DNA of 32,814 bases from an uncultured Campylobacteraceae bacterium (lineage in GTDB: Bacteria > Campylobacterota > Campylobacteria > Campylobacterales > Arcobacteraceae). The stretch's first letter is position 1. Each line of letters begins with the position of its first letter. Below are positions 8,812 to 18,514 of the stretch, piece after piece. The notes beneath the pieces are model-generated. The model was not told where the DNA came from and ran no database searches. It saw nothing but the letters and a program-made list of their open reading frames with translations. Where the stretch lies: contig CAKZOX010000153.1 in assembly GCA_937138295.1 (NCBI GenBank), positions 1-32,814 of the forward strand, given 5' to 3'. A program made the translations under genes and the position numbers.

Positions 8812-9549
8812 ATGAACTACGAAGTGGTTACTACCCAAGATGGGTCTAATACCTTATACTCAAAACAATACAACCAGCATTATCATAATATAGATGACGG
8901 AGCTGTAAATGAGTCATTGCATAAGCATGTTATTCCATGTATAAGCTTTCATAAAAATGAAAAAAGCCTAAATATTTTAGATATATGTTTTGGAATTGGC
9001 TATAACAGTTTATCAACAATATATTATGTTAAAAAAAACAACTTAGATATAAAATTAAATATTTATTCACCTGAATTAGATGAATCACTTATAAATTCTC
9101 TAAAAGATTTTAATTATCCAAAAGAGTTTGACTTTTTAAAAGAGATTATAAATGAACTAAGCACTAATTATTTTTATGAAGATGAAAATCTAAAAATAGA
9201 AATAGGTATAGGTGATGCAAGAAAATATATAAAAAAATTTAATAAAGATTTTTTTAACATAGTTTATCAAGATGCATTTTCAAGTGATGTAAATAAAGAA
9301 TTGTGGACAAAAGAGTATTTTGATGATATTTTTAAAATATCTAATAAAAATGTAATCATGTCTACATACTCAATAGCAACTCCGGTTAGATTATCTATCT
9401 ATAAAGCTGGATTTGAAATATATCAATATATACCTGTAAAAAGAAAATTAAGTCTGTGTTTTAAAGAAAAACAAGATTTCATTGGAAAATATATTGATAT
9501 GGAATTAAAACAACAAAGAAACAAAGAAGCTAAACCAATCTATGACTAA
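8812..9549 (+). CDS. MnmC2/MnmD-like tRNA (mnm5s2U34) methyltransferase-domain protein (DUF752/Methyltransf_30), standalone.
   Basis: By eye, the blocks LDICFGIGYNSL and YQDAFSSDVNKELWTKEYFDDI...KAGFEI align with the E. coli MnmC N-terminal domain (D-[GA]-F-[AS]-P..N.E.W...F). Confidence 0.5.
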   Translation: MNYEVVTTQDGSNTLYSKQYNQHYHNIDDGAVNESLHKHVIPCISFHKNEKSLNILDICFGIGYNSLSTIYYVKKNNLDIKLNIYSPELDESLINSLKDFNYPKEFDFLKEIINELSTNYFYEDENLKIEIGIGDARKYIKKFNKDFFNIVYQDAFSSDVNKELWTKEYFDDIFKISNKNVIMSTYSIATPVRLSIYKAGFEIYQYIPVKRKLSLCFKEKQDFIGKYIDMELKQQRNKEAKPIYD

Positions 9550-10369
9550 AACAACAATTCCCATACAAGAAATAAATTACACTTCATATATAAAAGGTAA
9601 TTTACCAATAATACTTTCAGCGCCCCATGGTGGAGATATTAATGCCCCTGAAATTAAAACAAGAACATCTGGTATATTTGATAAGGATGACTTTACAAAA
9701 GAGCTAACATTAGATATTGTAAATGAATTTCATAAACAAACTAATAAGTATCCATATGCTGTAATAATGAATTTATCAAGAAAGAAAATTGATGCAAACA
9801 GAGATATTTTTGAAGCTATTGAAATGGATGATAAAAATGCATTAAATGCTTATAATAGTTTTCATAAAGCTATAAATAATAGTTTTGATGAAGTAAAATC
9901 TACTTTTAAATATGGTTTGTATTTTGATATACACGGCCAATCCCACTCTCATAATTGTTTAGAGTTAGGGTATTTACTTACAAATGACAAATTAAAACTT
10001 GAAGATAAAGAATTAAAAAATTACAAAGAAGACTCATCTTTAAATAGTTTGAGTTCTATTTCTAATAAAGATTTTTTAGATTTACTTAAAGGTGAAAATT
10101 CATTTGGAACTATTCTTTGTAAAAACGCACAAGACTCTATTCCATCAAGTAAAATTCACTATGCAAATGATGATAAAGAATATTTTGAAGGTGCTTTTAA
10201 TACTCAAAGTTATTCACAAATTGGTAGTCCTATGATAACAGCTATTCAATGTGAGTTTCCATATAAAAGTAGAAGCACTAAAGAAAACAGATTAAATTGT
10301 GCTAAAGCCTTTGTAAACTCTGTTATAGAGTACTATAAAATTCACTTTGATATTGATTTAAAAGCTTAG
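9542..10369 (+). CDS. N-formylglutamate amidohydrolase (FGase, PF05013)-family protein, putative.
   Basis: ILSAPHGG, DANRD and FDIHGQS blocks are spaced as in the FGase family. The ATG overlaps the upstream stop (ATGACTAA). Confidence 0.4.
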   Translation: MTKTTIPIQEINYTSYIKGNLPIILSAPHGGDINAPEIKTRTSGIFDKDDFTKELTLDIVNEFHKQTNKYPYAVIMNLSRKKIDANRDIFEAIEMDDKNALNAYNSFHKAINNSFDEVKSTFKYGLYFDIHGQSHSHNCLELGYLLTNDKLKLEDKELKNYKEDSSLNSLSSISNKDFLDLLKGENSFGTILCKNAQDSIPSSKIHYANDDKEYFEGAFNTQSYSQIGSPMITAIQCEFPYKSRSTKENRLNCAKAFVNSVIEYYKIHFDIDLKA

Positions 10370-10388
10370 ATTTAATACTTTCTAAGCT
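10363..10388. terminator. Hairpin spanning the 3' ends of the convergent FGase-like gene and pglB.
   Basis: AGCTTAGA (10363-70), 10-nt loop, TCTAAGCT (10381-88). The two stop codons are 2 nt apart. Confidence 0.3.
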
Positions 10389-12519
10389 TATAGATTTTTG
10401 ACATAGGATCTAAAAAAACAGGTGTGAATAAATCTTTGTCATAATCTTCAAAAACAAATAGTTTTATAAAAACTGAATCTATAAGTTTATTATCTATTAC
10501 TAAGTACATATTATACTCTTCAAGGAAAATGATATTTACTTTTCCATTTTTATTCAATGTTTTTCTTGAGATTTGTAAGTTTTTATTTTCATCATATTTT
10601 GTAGTTATAAATTCATTTATTGTATGAATTCCACTAGACATAAATACTTTATTATTGTGTAAGTCTATACTTACTCTATTATCAAGTATGATTTTCTTGT
10701 CTTTTTTATCATATGATTTTGAATTATAGTAAACTATTTTTTCAAGTTTTTTTCCAGTCATTAAATCCATATTTGAAAACTCAATTATTCTTGAAAACAT
10801 AGTTAAAACTTTTGCTGGTAAAAATAGATAAATATCTTCATTAAAAGGTTCTGTTTTAATATTTTGGATATTTTCTAAAAATAAATTAGTATCTTTAAAT
10901 CCATTATCAACAGTCATTTGCTCTATAAATGATTTCACATCTTTTGGTGGCTTATCTAACTCTTTATTTTCTATTCTTTTTTTATCATATGATATGGTTA
11001 AATTAGCCATTTTAACAGCTTCATCTTGGGAAGTTGTAGTAAAAATAAAACTTGTAGGAAAATTATCACTTCCTCTATGAAGTCCACCATCAATTAAAGT
11101 ATTGGTTTCAGTGTAATATCTTATTAAATATCCATAACTCCACCATCCTATTGTATAGTCATTTATATTTGAAATTTTATTTAACTCATCAAGGGATTGC
11201 ACAACTTGTTTTGGGACAGTTGGATAGGCAAAGTATTTATTTATATGAATTAAATTTGGTAATAAAACTAAAAATGTAAGTATTATTAGTAAATAGTTTT
11301 TAACTATTTTTGAAAGTTTACCCTCAAACTTTTTAGCTAAAAAAACTGAAACTAAATAAATAAGATATGAAACTGATAAAGCCATAATTGGAACTGCATA
11401 AATAGTAAATCTTAAGCCTGCAAATAAAGACAAAAACCCAAGTGCTAACATTGGCAAAGTAATGATTAAAATTCTGTATTTAAACAACAATAAAACATAT
11501 CCAAGTAAAGCAAACATAAAAGCAATTAAACTTCCACTTGTTCTAATAGCCATAGTTTCAAAATTAATCGCTTGAACTTCAGGAATTGTATTCATTACAG
11601 CATAAAAATGTAAACCTAAACCTTCATATTGAACAATATCTCTAATTAAATAGTTTTTCAACTGCCCAATAATAGGATTTAATCCTCCAGATATTATAAA
11701 TAAAGCAATTGAAATAAAAACTATATATTTTAGATTTTTATAAAAAAAAGATTTTTTATAAAACAATAATAAAAAAAGTATTGATACTATTATCACCCTA
11801 TAAATTGAGTCTAACATCATCATTGATAAAAGCATAAAAGAAAGTAAGGTTAAATTATATTTATACTCTTTTGTTTTTAAAAATTCTATAAATGCTATTA
11901 ATACAATAATAGAAAAAAATGCAAACTCTAAAGCATAACTTTGTGGATACCAATATCTATATAATATAATTTCAATAGCTGTAAAAACTATATATTTATT
12001 CTCTTTTGTTTGTATTGCTGAATACAAAGACCATATCATAAACATAGGGAAAACTATATTTAGAAAATCTGTATCAAAATATCCCGCCATTGTTCGATTA
12101 TAGTAACTATTAGCAATACTTGCTATAAGTGCAGCCATAAATCCTACACTTAGATTATTTAGTTTTTTTCCTAAAAGTATTAAGGGGATTACAATAAGTG
12201 AAGAAAAGAATATAGGCATATATACAAATAAACTTTCCATTGAAATAGGAGTTATTTTATAAAATAAATAGGCTAAATTAGCCATAGCTGAGCGAATAGG
12301 CGAACGTTCACTAATAAGATTTTCATCACCTATTATTAAATCTTTAGCGCCCTCAGCCCAATAAAAAGCATCATTGGTTGTAAGTATGTATTCGTTATTG
12401 AATTTGTAGTGTTCTATGTTGTTATTATCAACTATCCAGTAAAGTCTTGCTACAAAACTAAAAGTAAAAGCTAATAAAATTAATAAAAGTATTTTTATGT
12501 TTTCATTTTTAGTTAGCAT
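10372..12519 (-). CDS. pglB: STT3/PglB-family oligosaccharyltransferase homologue. It is an orphan with no pgl genes nearby and has variant acceptor-site motifs.
   Basis: 715 aa with about 13 N-terminal TM helices and a periplasmic C-domain. It aligns along its length with C. jejuni/C. lari PglB as recalled: NDAFYWAEGAKD vs NDGYAFAEGARD; ASIANSYYNRTMAGYFDTD vs ASIANSYYNRTMSGYYDTD; GLRFTIYAVP; GWWSYGY vs TWWDYGY; DGGLHRGSDNF vs DGGKHLGKDNF. Confidence 0.85.
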   Translation of the reverse strand: MLTKNENIKILLLILLAFTFSFVARLYWIVDNNNIEHYKFNNEYILTTNDAFYWAEGAKDLIIGDENLISERSPIRSAMANLAYLFYKITPISMESLFVYMPIFFSSLIVIPLILLGKKLNNLSVGFMAALIASIANSYYNRTMAGYFDTDFLNIVFPMFMIWSLYSAIQTKENKYIVFTAIEIILYRYWYPQSYALEFAFFSIIVLIAFIEFLKTKEYKYNLTLLSFMLLSMMMLDSIYRVIIVSILFLLLFYKKSFFYKNLKYIVFISIALFIISGGLNPIIGQLKNYLIRDIVQYEGLGLHFYAVMNTIPEVQAINFETMAIRTSGSLIAFMFALLGYVLLLFKYRILIITLPMLALGFLSLFAGLRFTIYAVPIMALSVSYLIYLVSVFLAKKFEGKLSKIVKNYLLIILTFLVLLPNLIHINKYFAYPTVPKQVVQSLDELNKISNINDYTIGWWSYGYLIRYYTETNTLIDGGLHRGSDNFPTSFIFTTTSQDEAVKMANLTISYDKKRIENKELDKPPKDVKSFIEQMTVDNGFKDTNLFLENIQNIKTEPFNEDIYLFLPAKVLTMFSRIIEFSNMDLMTGKKLEKIVYYNSKSYDKKDKKIILDNRVSIDLHNNKVFMSSGIHTINEFITTKYDENKNLQISRKTLNKNGKVNIIFLEEYNMYLVIDNKLIDSVFIKLFVFEDYDKDLFTPVFLDPMSKIYKLRKY

Positions 12520-12527
12520 GTTTGATT

Positions 12528-13082
12528 CTAGTGAAAAAATAGATGTTCAATTAAAATTTTGACACCAATTAAGATAAGAACAACTCCACCTAGTTTTTCT
12601 GCTTTATCTTCTAAATATGTTCCGCCTTTAGTTCCAATAAATACACCTATAAATGAAAAAATCAAAGTAATTATACCAATAATTATCATTGATAAAAATG
12701 GATTTACTTGCATTAATCCTAAAGTAAATCCAGCAGCCATAGCATCTATACTTGTTGCAATTGCTAACATTAATAATACTCTATTTGTAACTAGATTTAT
12801 CTCTTCTTCAGTACCTTCTTGGAAACTTTCATAAAGCATTTTACTACCAATTAATGTTAATAAAATAAAAGCAATCCAATGATCAATTGTTTGAATATAA
12901 GTGTCTAAGCCTAAACTTGCAAGATAACCAAATAATGGCATTAGTCCTTGAAATAGACCAAAAAAAAGTGCTACTTTAAGAGCAAAGACAAAATCAAACT
13001 TTTTTGCTTTTACTCCAAGTCCAATTGAAACAGCAAAAGCATCCATAGCTAAGGCAAAAGATAAGATTAAAACTTCAATCAT
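12528..13082 (-). CDS. mntP: Manganese efflux pump MntP (DUF204).
   Basis: 184 aa. Two repeated halves each carry the AMDAFAVS / SIDAMAAG motifs characteristic of MntP. Confidence 0.8.
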   Translation of the reverse strand: MIEVLILSFALAMDAFAVSIGLGVKAKKFDFVFALKVALFFGLFQGLMPLFGYLASLGLDTYIQTIDHWIAFILLTLIGSKMLYESFQEGTEEEINLVTNRVLLMLAIATSIDAMAAGFTLGLMQVNPFLSMIIIGIITLIFSFIGVFIGTKGGTYLEDKAEKLGGVVLILIGVKILIEHLFFH

Positions 13083-13091
13083 TACAAAACT

Positions 13092-13586
13092 CTAATCTGC
13101 TAACTTATCTAGTATGTATCTTTCTAAATCTTTTTTTGTAATTTCATCTTTTAAAGATTGTTCAAAAATTTCTTCAATTTTTGATGAGTATTCATCATAT
13201 GGGAAAAAAGGAAAATGTATAGACCAAGATTTTTTAATAACATCCTTTGAAATTGTTGCTATTAGCCAATCTTTAAAGTAATTAAATCCTATAAATATAG
13301 CTGCAGTTATAACAACTGCACCTATAATTGAAATATGTGAGTCTATTTTTGCCAACTCTTTATGAGTTAAAAAAGAAAGGGGCACTAAAATTCCAAGTAC
13401 TATTGATGTATAAAGTATGTATGCCTTAGTAAGACTTAGTTTAAAACCTAATCTTGAAGCATCAACATCCATTCTTTCATTAAATTGTCTATTAGCTACT
13501 AATAGGTCTTTTAATAAAACTGGTTGTTTAGATGTAATAAATACATAACTTAATATTTTTTGCTTAAGTGTCTTTTCTTTTGGCAT
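13092..13586 (-). CDS. Hypothetical small membrane protein.
   Basis: 164 aa with two central hydrophobic segments (ILYTSIVLGILVPLSF, IIGAVVITAAIFIGF). It is wedged 24 nt after metH and 9 nt before mntP. Confidence 0.35.
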   Translation of the reverse strand: MPKEKTLKQKILSYVFITSKQPVLLKDLLVANRQFNERMDVDASRLGFKLSLTKAYILYTSIVLGILVPLSFLTHKELAKIDSHISIIGAVVITAAIFIGFNYFKDWLIATISKDVIKKSWSIHFPFFPYDEYSSKIEEIFEQSLKDEITKKDLERYILDKLAD

Positions 13587-13610
13587 CTTTTTCCCCTTTT
13601 AAATTAATGT

Positions 13611-16600
13611 CTATATATTAAAATAATTTGCCTTATGATGAGGCACAACTATTGCACATGTTGTTTGTTCAGGATGCATTTGATACGTTTCGCTAAGTTC
13701 TATTCCAAACTCTTCAGGTTTTAATAAATCAAAGAAATCTCTATTCATAGCTAAATCAGGACAAGCAGCGTACCCAGGAGAGTATCTACAACCAACATAT
13801 TGTTTCATTTGAACATCTTGTAAAGTATGCCCTTCTTTTGGAACAATATCTAAATCAAGTCTAATTTGCTTATGTAAAACCTCAGCTAATGCTTCTGCTA
13901 ATTCAACCCCAAGTCCATGAACTTGATAATACTCATTGAATTTACCCTCATCATATAAACTTCTCTCATAATCACTTATTTTAAGCCCTGCACTTGCTAA
14001 TGTAAACCCAACAACATCAAGTCTATCATTTGCAAAGAAATCAGCAACACTTCTAAATGGCTTTCTTTTTTGTCTTGGGAATTCTAATACTTTAATAGCC
14101 TCTTCTAAAGGTGGAACATTTTTAGCTTCCTCTTCACTATTAAATAAATATTTTTTATCAAATACATATAGTTTTCCATCATGTGAAACACAAGGATAAT
14201 ATGCATAAATCGCAATTGGATCAAATACATCTTTTTCAATTAGTTCTTCTTTTAATCTTTCATAAGTAGGTTCAACTACTTCTCTTTCATATTTTAAGAA
14301 CTCTTCGCTTGACTGTTTTCCTCTTTTATATCCCCATCTTTGTCTAAATAAAACCCTATGGTTTATCCACTTAAATACTAAGTCTTTATCAATCTTATTA
14401 CCACTTAAAGCAACTCTATCCCAAATAGGGGGGAAAGTAAATTCAGTTTTTTCAGGCATTTGGATTTCTTCATAAGGAGGAATTTCAACTACCTCTTTTT
14501 CAACACTATCACTTGTATCTTTTATTTGAATTAAATCAGCAGCTAAAGCTGTATTGTTTTCATCACCTGCTTCAATTCTTTGCATTGCAATAACACCATC
14601 AAATGCATCTCTACAATAAAAAATTGGACCTTCATAAATAGTTCTACAATAATCATCAACAAATGATTTAGTTAAGGCAGCTCCACCAAGTAAAATAGGA
14701 ACTTTAATCCCTTGTCTTGTTAATTCTTCAAGATTTTCTTTCATTACAGCAGTTGATTTTACAAGTAGTCCACTCATACCTAAAGCACTTGCTTTAGTCT
14801 CTTCAAATTTCTCAATAAATGTTGATAAATCAGCTTTAATACCAATATTTTCTACTTTAAATCCATTATTACTTAAAATAATATCAACTAAGTTTTTCCC
14901 AACATCATGTACGTCACCTTTAACTGTACCTAATACTAATGTTGTATCTGTTTCTTTTTCTTGTTTTGGTAAATATGGATTTAAAGCATCAACCGTTGCT
15001 TTCATAGTTTCAGCACTTTGAAGTACAAATGGTAATTGCATTTGCCCACTACCAAATAACTCACCAATTACTTTCATTCCATCAATAAGCCATTCATTTA
15101 CAATAATATCAGGTTCAACTTCGTGTCTTAATTCCTCAACTAAAGGAAGCATTCTATCTTTATCACCATCTAATAAAAGTTTTTTTACTTTATCAATTGC
15201 AGGTAATTTTTGATACTCTTCATCACTCTCTTCTTCTTGGTCTTCAAGATTTGAGAAATGATCAATAAATGCAAATAATGGATCACCATTTTCTTGATTA
15301 TTGAAAATTAAATCTTCACAAGCTTTTTTATCTTCATCTGAGATTTTATTTAAAGGTAAAATATGTTTTACATTTACAATAGCTGATGTTAATCCAGCTT
15401 TTACACATAAGTCTAAATAAATTGAATTTAAATAAACCCTTGCTTTTGTATCAAGTCCAAATGAGATATTTGATAAACCTAATGTAGTCCCAACTTCAGG
15501 GTGTCTAATTTGGAATTCTCTAATAGCTTCAAGTGTTTCAACACCAGCTGTTCTATATTCATCATCTCCTGAACCAATAGTAAATGTAAGCATATCAAAT
15601 ACTAAATCATCAGGTTTAAAGCCGTGTCTATTTACACATAAATCATAAATTCTTTCTGCAATTCTTAATTTATCTTCTTTTGTTTTAGCCATACCAACTT
15701 CATCAATTACAAGACAAACTAAAGCAGCACCAAATTTTTTAGCTAGTTTACAAACAGCATCAAACTTTTCTTCACCATCTTCAAGGTTTACAGAGTTTAT
15801 TATACATCTTCCACCTATTTGTTTTAAAGCAGCTTCAAGTGCTAAAATCTGAGTTGAATCAGGCATTAAAGGTAAAGATACCTTTTGAGAATATAGTTCA
15901 ACAACTTTATCCATATCTCCCGTTTCATCACGTCCTGCAAATCCAACACTTACATCAATAACATGAGCCCCTGCTCTTACTTGTTGCTGACCAACTGAAA
16001 GTGTTCCTTCATAATCATTTGCTTTAAGTAACTCTCTAAATGCTTTTGAACCAGTGGCATTACTTCTTTCACCTATTAAAAGTGGTGCTGGGTCTTGTTT
16101 TAAAGGAAGTGTATTAAACAGACTTGCTAATGAAGCTTTTAAAAATCCACAAGATGGTTTTGGTTCAATATCTTTTACTTCGTTGTAAAGTGCTTCAATA
16201 TGCTCAGGAGTTGTTCCACAACAACCACCTAACATTGATACTCCATTAATATCTAAGAAACCTTTTTGAAGTTTAGTAAACTCTTCAGGCCCCATTGGAT
16301 AATAAGTTTGCCCACCTCTATTTTGAGGAAGTCCTGCATTTGCGTGAACTGAAATTGGAAACTTTGATACTTCACTTAAAGTTTTTACATGCTTATGAAC
16401 TTGTTTTGGTCCAGTTCCACAGTTAAACCCTAAAGATAAAATATTAAAAGGCTCCATAATAGCAGCAATTGTTAAAGCATCAGTTCCTATAAGCATAGTT
16501 CCTGACATTTCAATTGTCACTGAAACCATAATAGGAATATGAGGTGCAGCATCATTTAATGCATGTAATGCTGCTTTAATTTGAAGTGGATCTTGACAAG

Positions 16601-17087
16601 TTTCAAGTAAGAAAATGTCAGCTCCACCGTCCCTTAAACCTTCAGCCATAATCTTATAACCATCATACATTTCATCATATTTAATATGACCTAAAGATGG
16701 TAGCTTTGTTCCAGGTCCAACAGATGCTAAACAAAATCTTGGTTTATCTGGTGTGCTATATTTTTCACAAACATCTTTTACTAATTTTGCTCCAAGTTTT
16801 GATAATTCATATGAAGTTTCACCTATTTGATATTCATCTAAAACCCATGGCATAGAACCAAATGTATTTGTACTTAATAAATCAGCACCAGCTTTTGCAT
16901 AGTTTTCATGTATTGTTGTTAAGATTTGAGGTGCAGTTAAATTTAATAATTCATTACATCCTTCTAAATCAGCACCTTCGTAAGTCCACTCTTCTTGAGT
17001 AATAGTTGCATTTTGAAGCTGTGTACCCATAGCTCCATCAATAATTAATACTTTTTTTCCAATTAAATCTTCAATTTTCTTTGACAT
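13611..17087 (-). CDS. metH: Cobalamin-dependent methionine synthase.
   Basis: 1158 aa. The Hcy-binding N-terminus is GAMGTQLQ...GADLLSTNTFG...LGGCCGTTPEHI; the B12-binding motif is GDVHDVGKNLV; the C-terminal region fits the AdoMet activation domain. Confidence 0.9.
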   Translation of the reverse strand: MSKKIEDLIGKKVLIIDGAMGTQLQNATITQEEWTYEGADLEGCNELLNLTAPQILTTIHENYAKAGADLLSTNTFGSMPWVLDEYQIGETSYELSKLGAKLVKDVCEKYSTPDKPRFCLASVGPGTKLPSLGHIKYDEMYDGYKIMAEGLRDGGADIFLLETCQDPLQIKAALHALNDAAPHIPIMVSVTIEMSGTMLIGTDALTIAAIMEPFNILSLGFNCGTGPKQVHKHVKTLSEVSKFPISVHANAGLPQNRGGQTYYPMGPEEFTKLQKGFLDINGVSMLGGCCGTTPEHIEALYNEVKDIEPKPSCGFLKASLASLFNTLPLKQDPAPLLIGERSNATGSKAFRELLKANDYEGTLSVGQQQVRAGAHVIDVSVGFAGRDETGDMDKVVELYSQKVSLPLMPDSTQILALEAALKQIGGRCIINSVNLEDGEEKFDAVCKLAKKFGAALVCLVIDEVGMAKTKEDKLRIAERIYDLCVNRHGFKPDDLVFDMLTFTIGSGDDEYRTAGVETLEAIREFQIRHPEVGTTLGLSNISFGLDTKARVYLNSIYLDLCVKAGLTSAIVNVKHILPLNKISDEDKKACEDLIFNNQENGDPLFAFIDHFSNLEDQEEESDEEYQKLPAIDKVKKLLLDGDKDRMLPLVEELRHEVEPDIIVNEWLIDGMKVIGELFGSGQMQLPFVLQSAETMKATVDALNPYLPKQEKETDTTLVLGTVKGDVHDVGKNLVDIILSNNGFKVENIGIKADLSTFIEKFEETKASALGMSGLLVKSTAVMKENLEELTRQGIKVPILLGGAALTKSFVDDYCRTIYEGPIFYCRDAFDGVIAMQRIEAGDENNTALAADLIQIKDTSDSVEKEVVEIPPYEEIQMPEKTEFTFPPIWDRVALSGNKIDKDLVFKWINHRVLFRQRWGYKRGKQSSEEFLKYEREVVEPTYERLKEELIEKDVFDPIAIYAYYPCVSHDGKLYVFDKKYLFNSEEEAKNVPPLEEAIKVLEFPRQKRKPFRSVADFFANDRLDVVGFTLASAGLKISDYERSLYDEGKFNEYYQVHGLGVELAEALAEVLHKQIRLDLDIVPKEGHTLQDVQMKQYVGCRYSPGYAACPDLAMNRDFFDLLKPEEFGIELSETYQMHPEQTTCAIVVPHHKANYFNI

Positions 17088-17164
17088 AATCTCTCTGTTT
17101 ATAGTTTATTATTATTAGATATTCTATTTAAAATGTAGTTAAAATCTAGTTAATGAATAAGTAG

Positions 17165-17764
17165 CTATTGTTTATTAACAACAACTCTTATTACACTTGC
17201 TTCACCTTGATGACCAATTCCCTCATCTAAATGAACAATTTCTTTTGTAATATCTTTTTTACAAGATGTAAATACATTTTCAAAATCGCTCAAATCATAT
17301 AATAAATCTAAGGCTTTTGGTCCACCACTTTTGTAATTTAATTGCTCTTTAGAAAAAAATTCAGCAATAAAATATCCACCTTTATTTAGATTGTTTTCAA
17401 TTTTATTAAACAATGAATTTCTATCTTCTTCAAACATATGTAAATACGTAGCAATAATCACATCATACTTTTTTTCATCATTCCAATTATTTAAATCCAT
17501 ATTTATACAATGAATATTTAAGCACTCATCATTTGCTCTATATTTTAGCTTATCAAGTCCTATATCACTTGCATCAATTGCAGTAACTTCAAAACCTTCT
17601 TTTGCTAAAAAAATAGCATTTCTTCCTTCACCTTCACCTAAACATAAAACTTCTTTTTTACTCTTCATTAGTTCAAGTTTTGATTTTATAAAAGCATTTG
17701 GATCAAGTCCATATAAATAATCAACCTTTCCAAACTTATCATTCCAAAAATGTTTTTGTTCCAT
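17165..17764 (-). CDS. Class-I SAM-dependent methyltransferase (TehB/TPMT-like small MTase).
   Basis: Motif I VLCLGEGEGRNAIFLAKEGFEVTAIDAS. 199 aa. Confidence 0.65.
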   Translation of the reverse strand: MEQKHFWNDKFGKVDYLYGLDPNAFIKSKLELMKSKKEVLCLGEGEGRNAIFLAKEGFEVTAIDASDIGLDKLKYRANDECLNIHCINMDLNNWNDEKKYDVIIATYLHMFEEDRNSLFNKIENNLNKGGYFIAEFFSKEQLNYKSGGPKALDLLYDLSDFENVFTSCKKDITKEIVHLDEGIGHQGEASVIRVVVNKQ

Positions 17765-17806
17765 ATAACTTCCCGTAATATTTATTTTCTTTATAATTTT
17801 AATGGA

Positions 17807-18364
17807 TTATAACATATGTCCCATTCTCTCTTTTTTAACTTTTAGATATTCAAAATTATATTCACAAGCATTTGATATAACAGGTACTCTATTTACAATT
17901 TCTACATTTTCTAAAGAGTCTAATTTTAAGGGGTTATTTGTCATTAGATTTATCTTTTTTATTTTAAAATATTCTAAGATTTTATTTACTATTTTATAGT
18001 CTCTTAAATCTTCACTAAATCCTAATAGTTGATTTGCTTTAATAGTATCATGTCCTAAGTCCTGTAAAGAGTAAGCATTTACTTTATTAAATAAACCTAT
18101 ACCTCTTCCTTCCTGTCGAAGATATATTATCATTCCATTATTTTCAGATATATTTTTCATAGCAAAATCTAATTGTTCTCCACAATCACATTTTATACTT
18201 TTAAAAACATCACCTGTCATACATTCTGAATGTATTCTTACATTTGGTATATCTGATAATTCATCTGTAAATATTACTAAATGCTCTAGTTCATTTTCTT
18301 TAAAAGATTGAATAAAAAAGTTTCCATATTTTGTTGGTAATTTTGCTTTATTTGAAATTTCCAT
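17807..18364 (-). CDS. ribA: GTP cyclohydrolase II (monofunctional).
   Basis: RIHSECMTGDVFKSIKCDCGEQL is the zinc site CxxxxxxxCxC; YLRQEGRGIGLFNKVNAYSLQDLGHDT is the classic RibA block. Confidence 0.9.
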   Translation of the reverse strand: MEISNKAKLPTKYGNFFIQSFKENELEHLVIFTDELSDIPNVRIHSECMTGDVFKSIKCDCGEQLDFAMKNISENNGMIIYLRQEGRGIGLFNKVNAYSLQDLGHDTIKANQLLGFSEDLRDYKIVNKILEYFKIKKINLMTNNPLKLDSLENVEIVNRVPVISNACEYNFEYLKVKKERMGHML

Positions 18365-18514
18365 TTTTTTTCTTTCAATATATTTTATTTATAGTATAAA
18401 GTATTAGGAATATAAATGGTAGTGTAAAAATTTCATTTAATAATTCCTTTATGCAATCAAGTTGCGTATATTTGACGGAATTATATATTTATTAGTTTAA
18501 TTGCAACTTAGTTG

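Noticed and set aside
18365-18514. Possible FMN (RFN) riboswitch upstream of ribA.
   Set aside because: No GC-rich conserved RFN helices are present. Only the short GCAACTT repeats appear, and these were reported separately as a putative operator.
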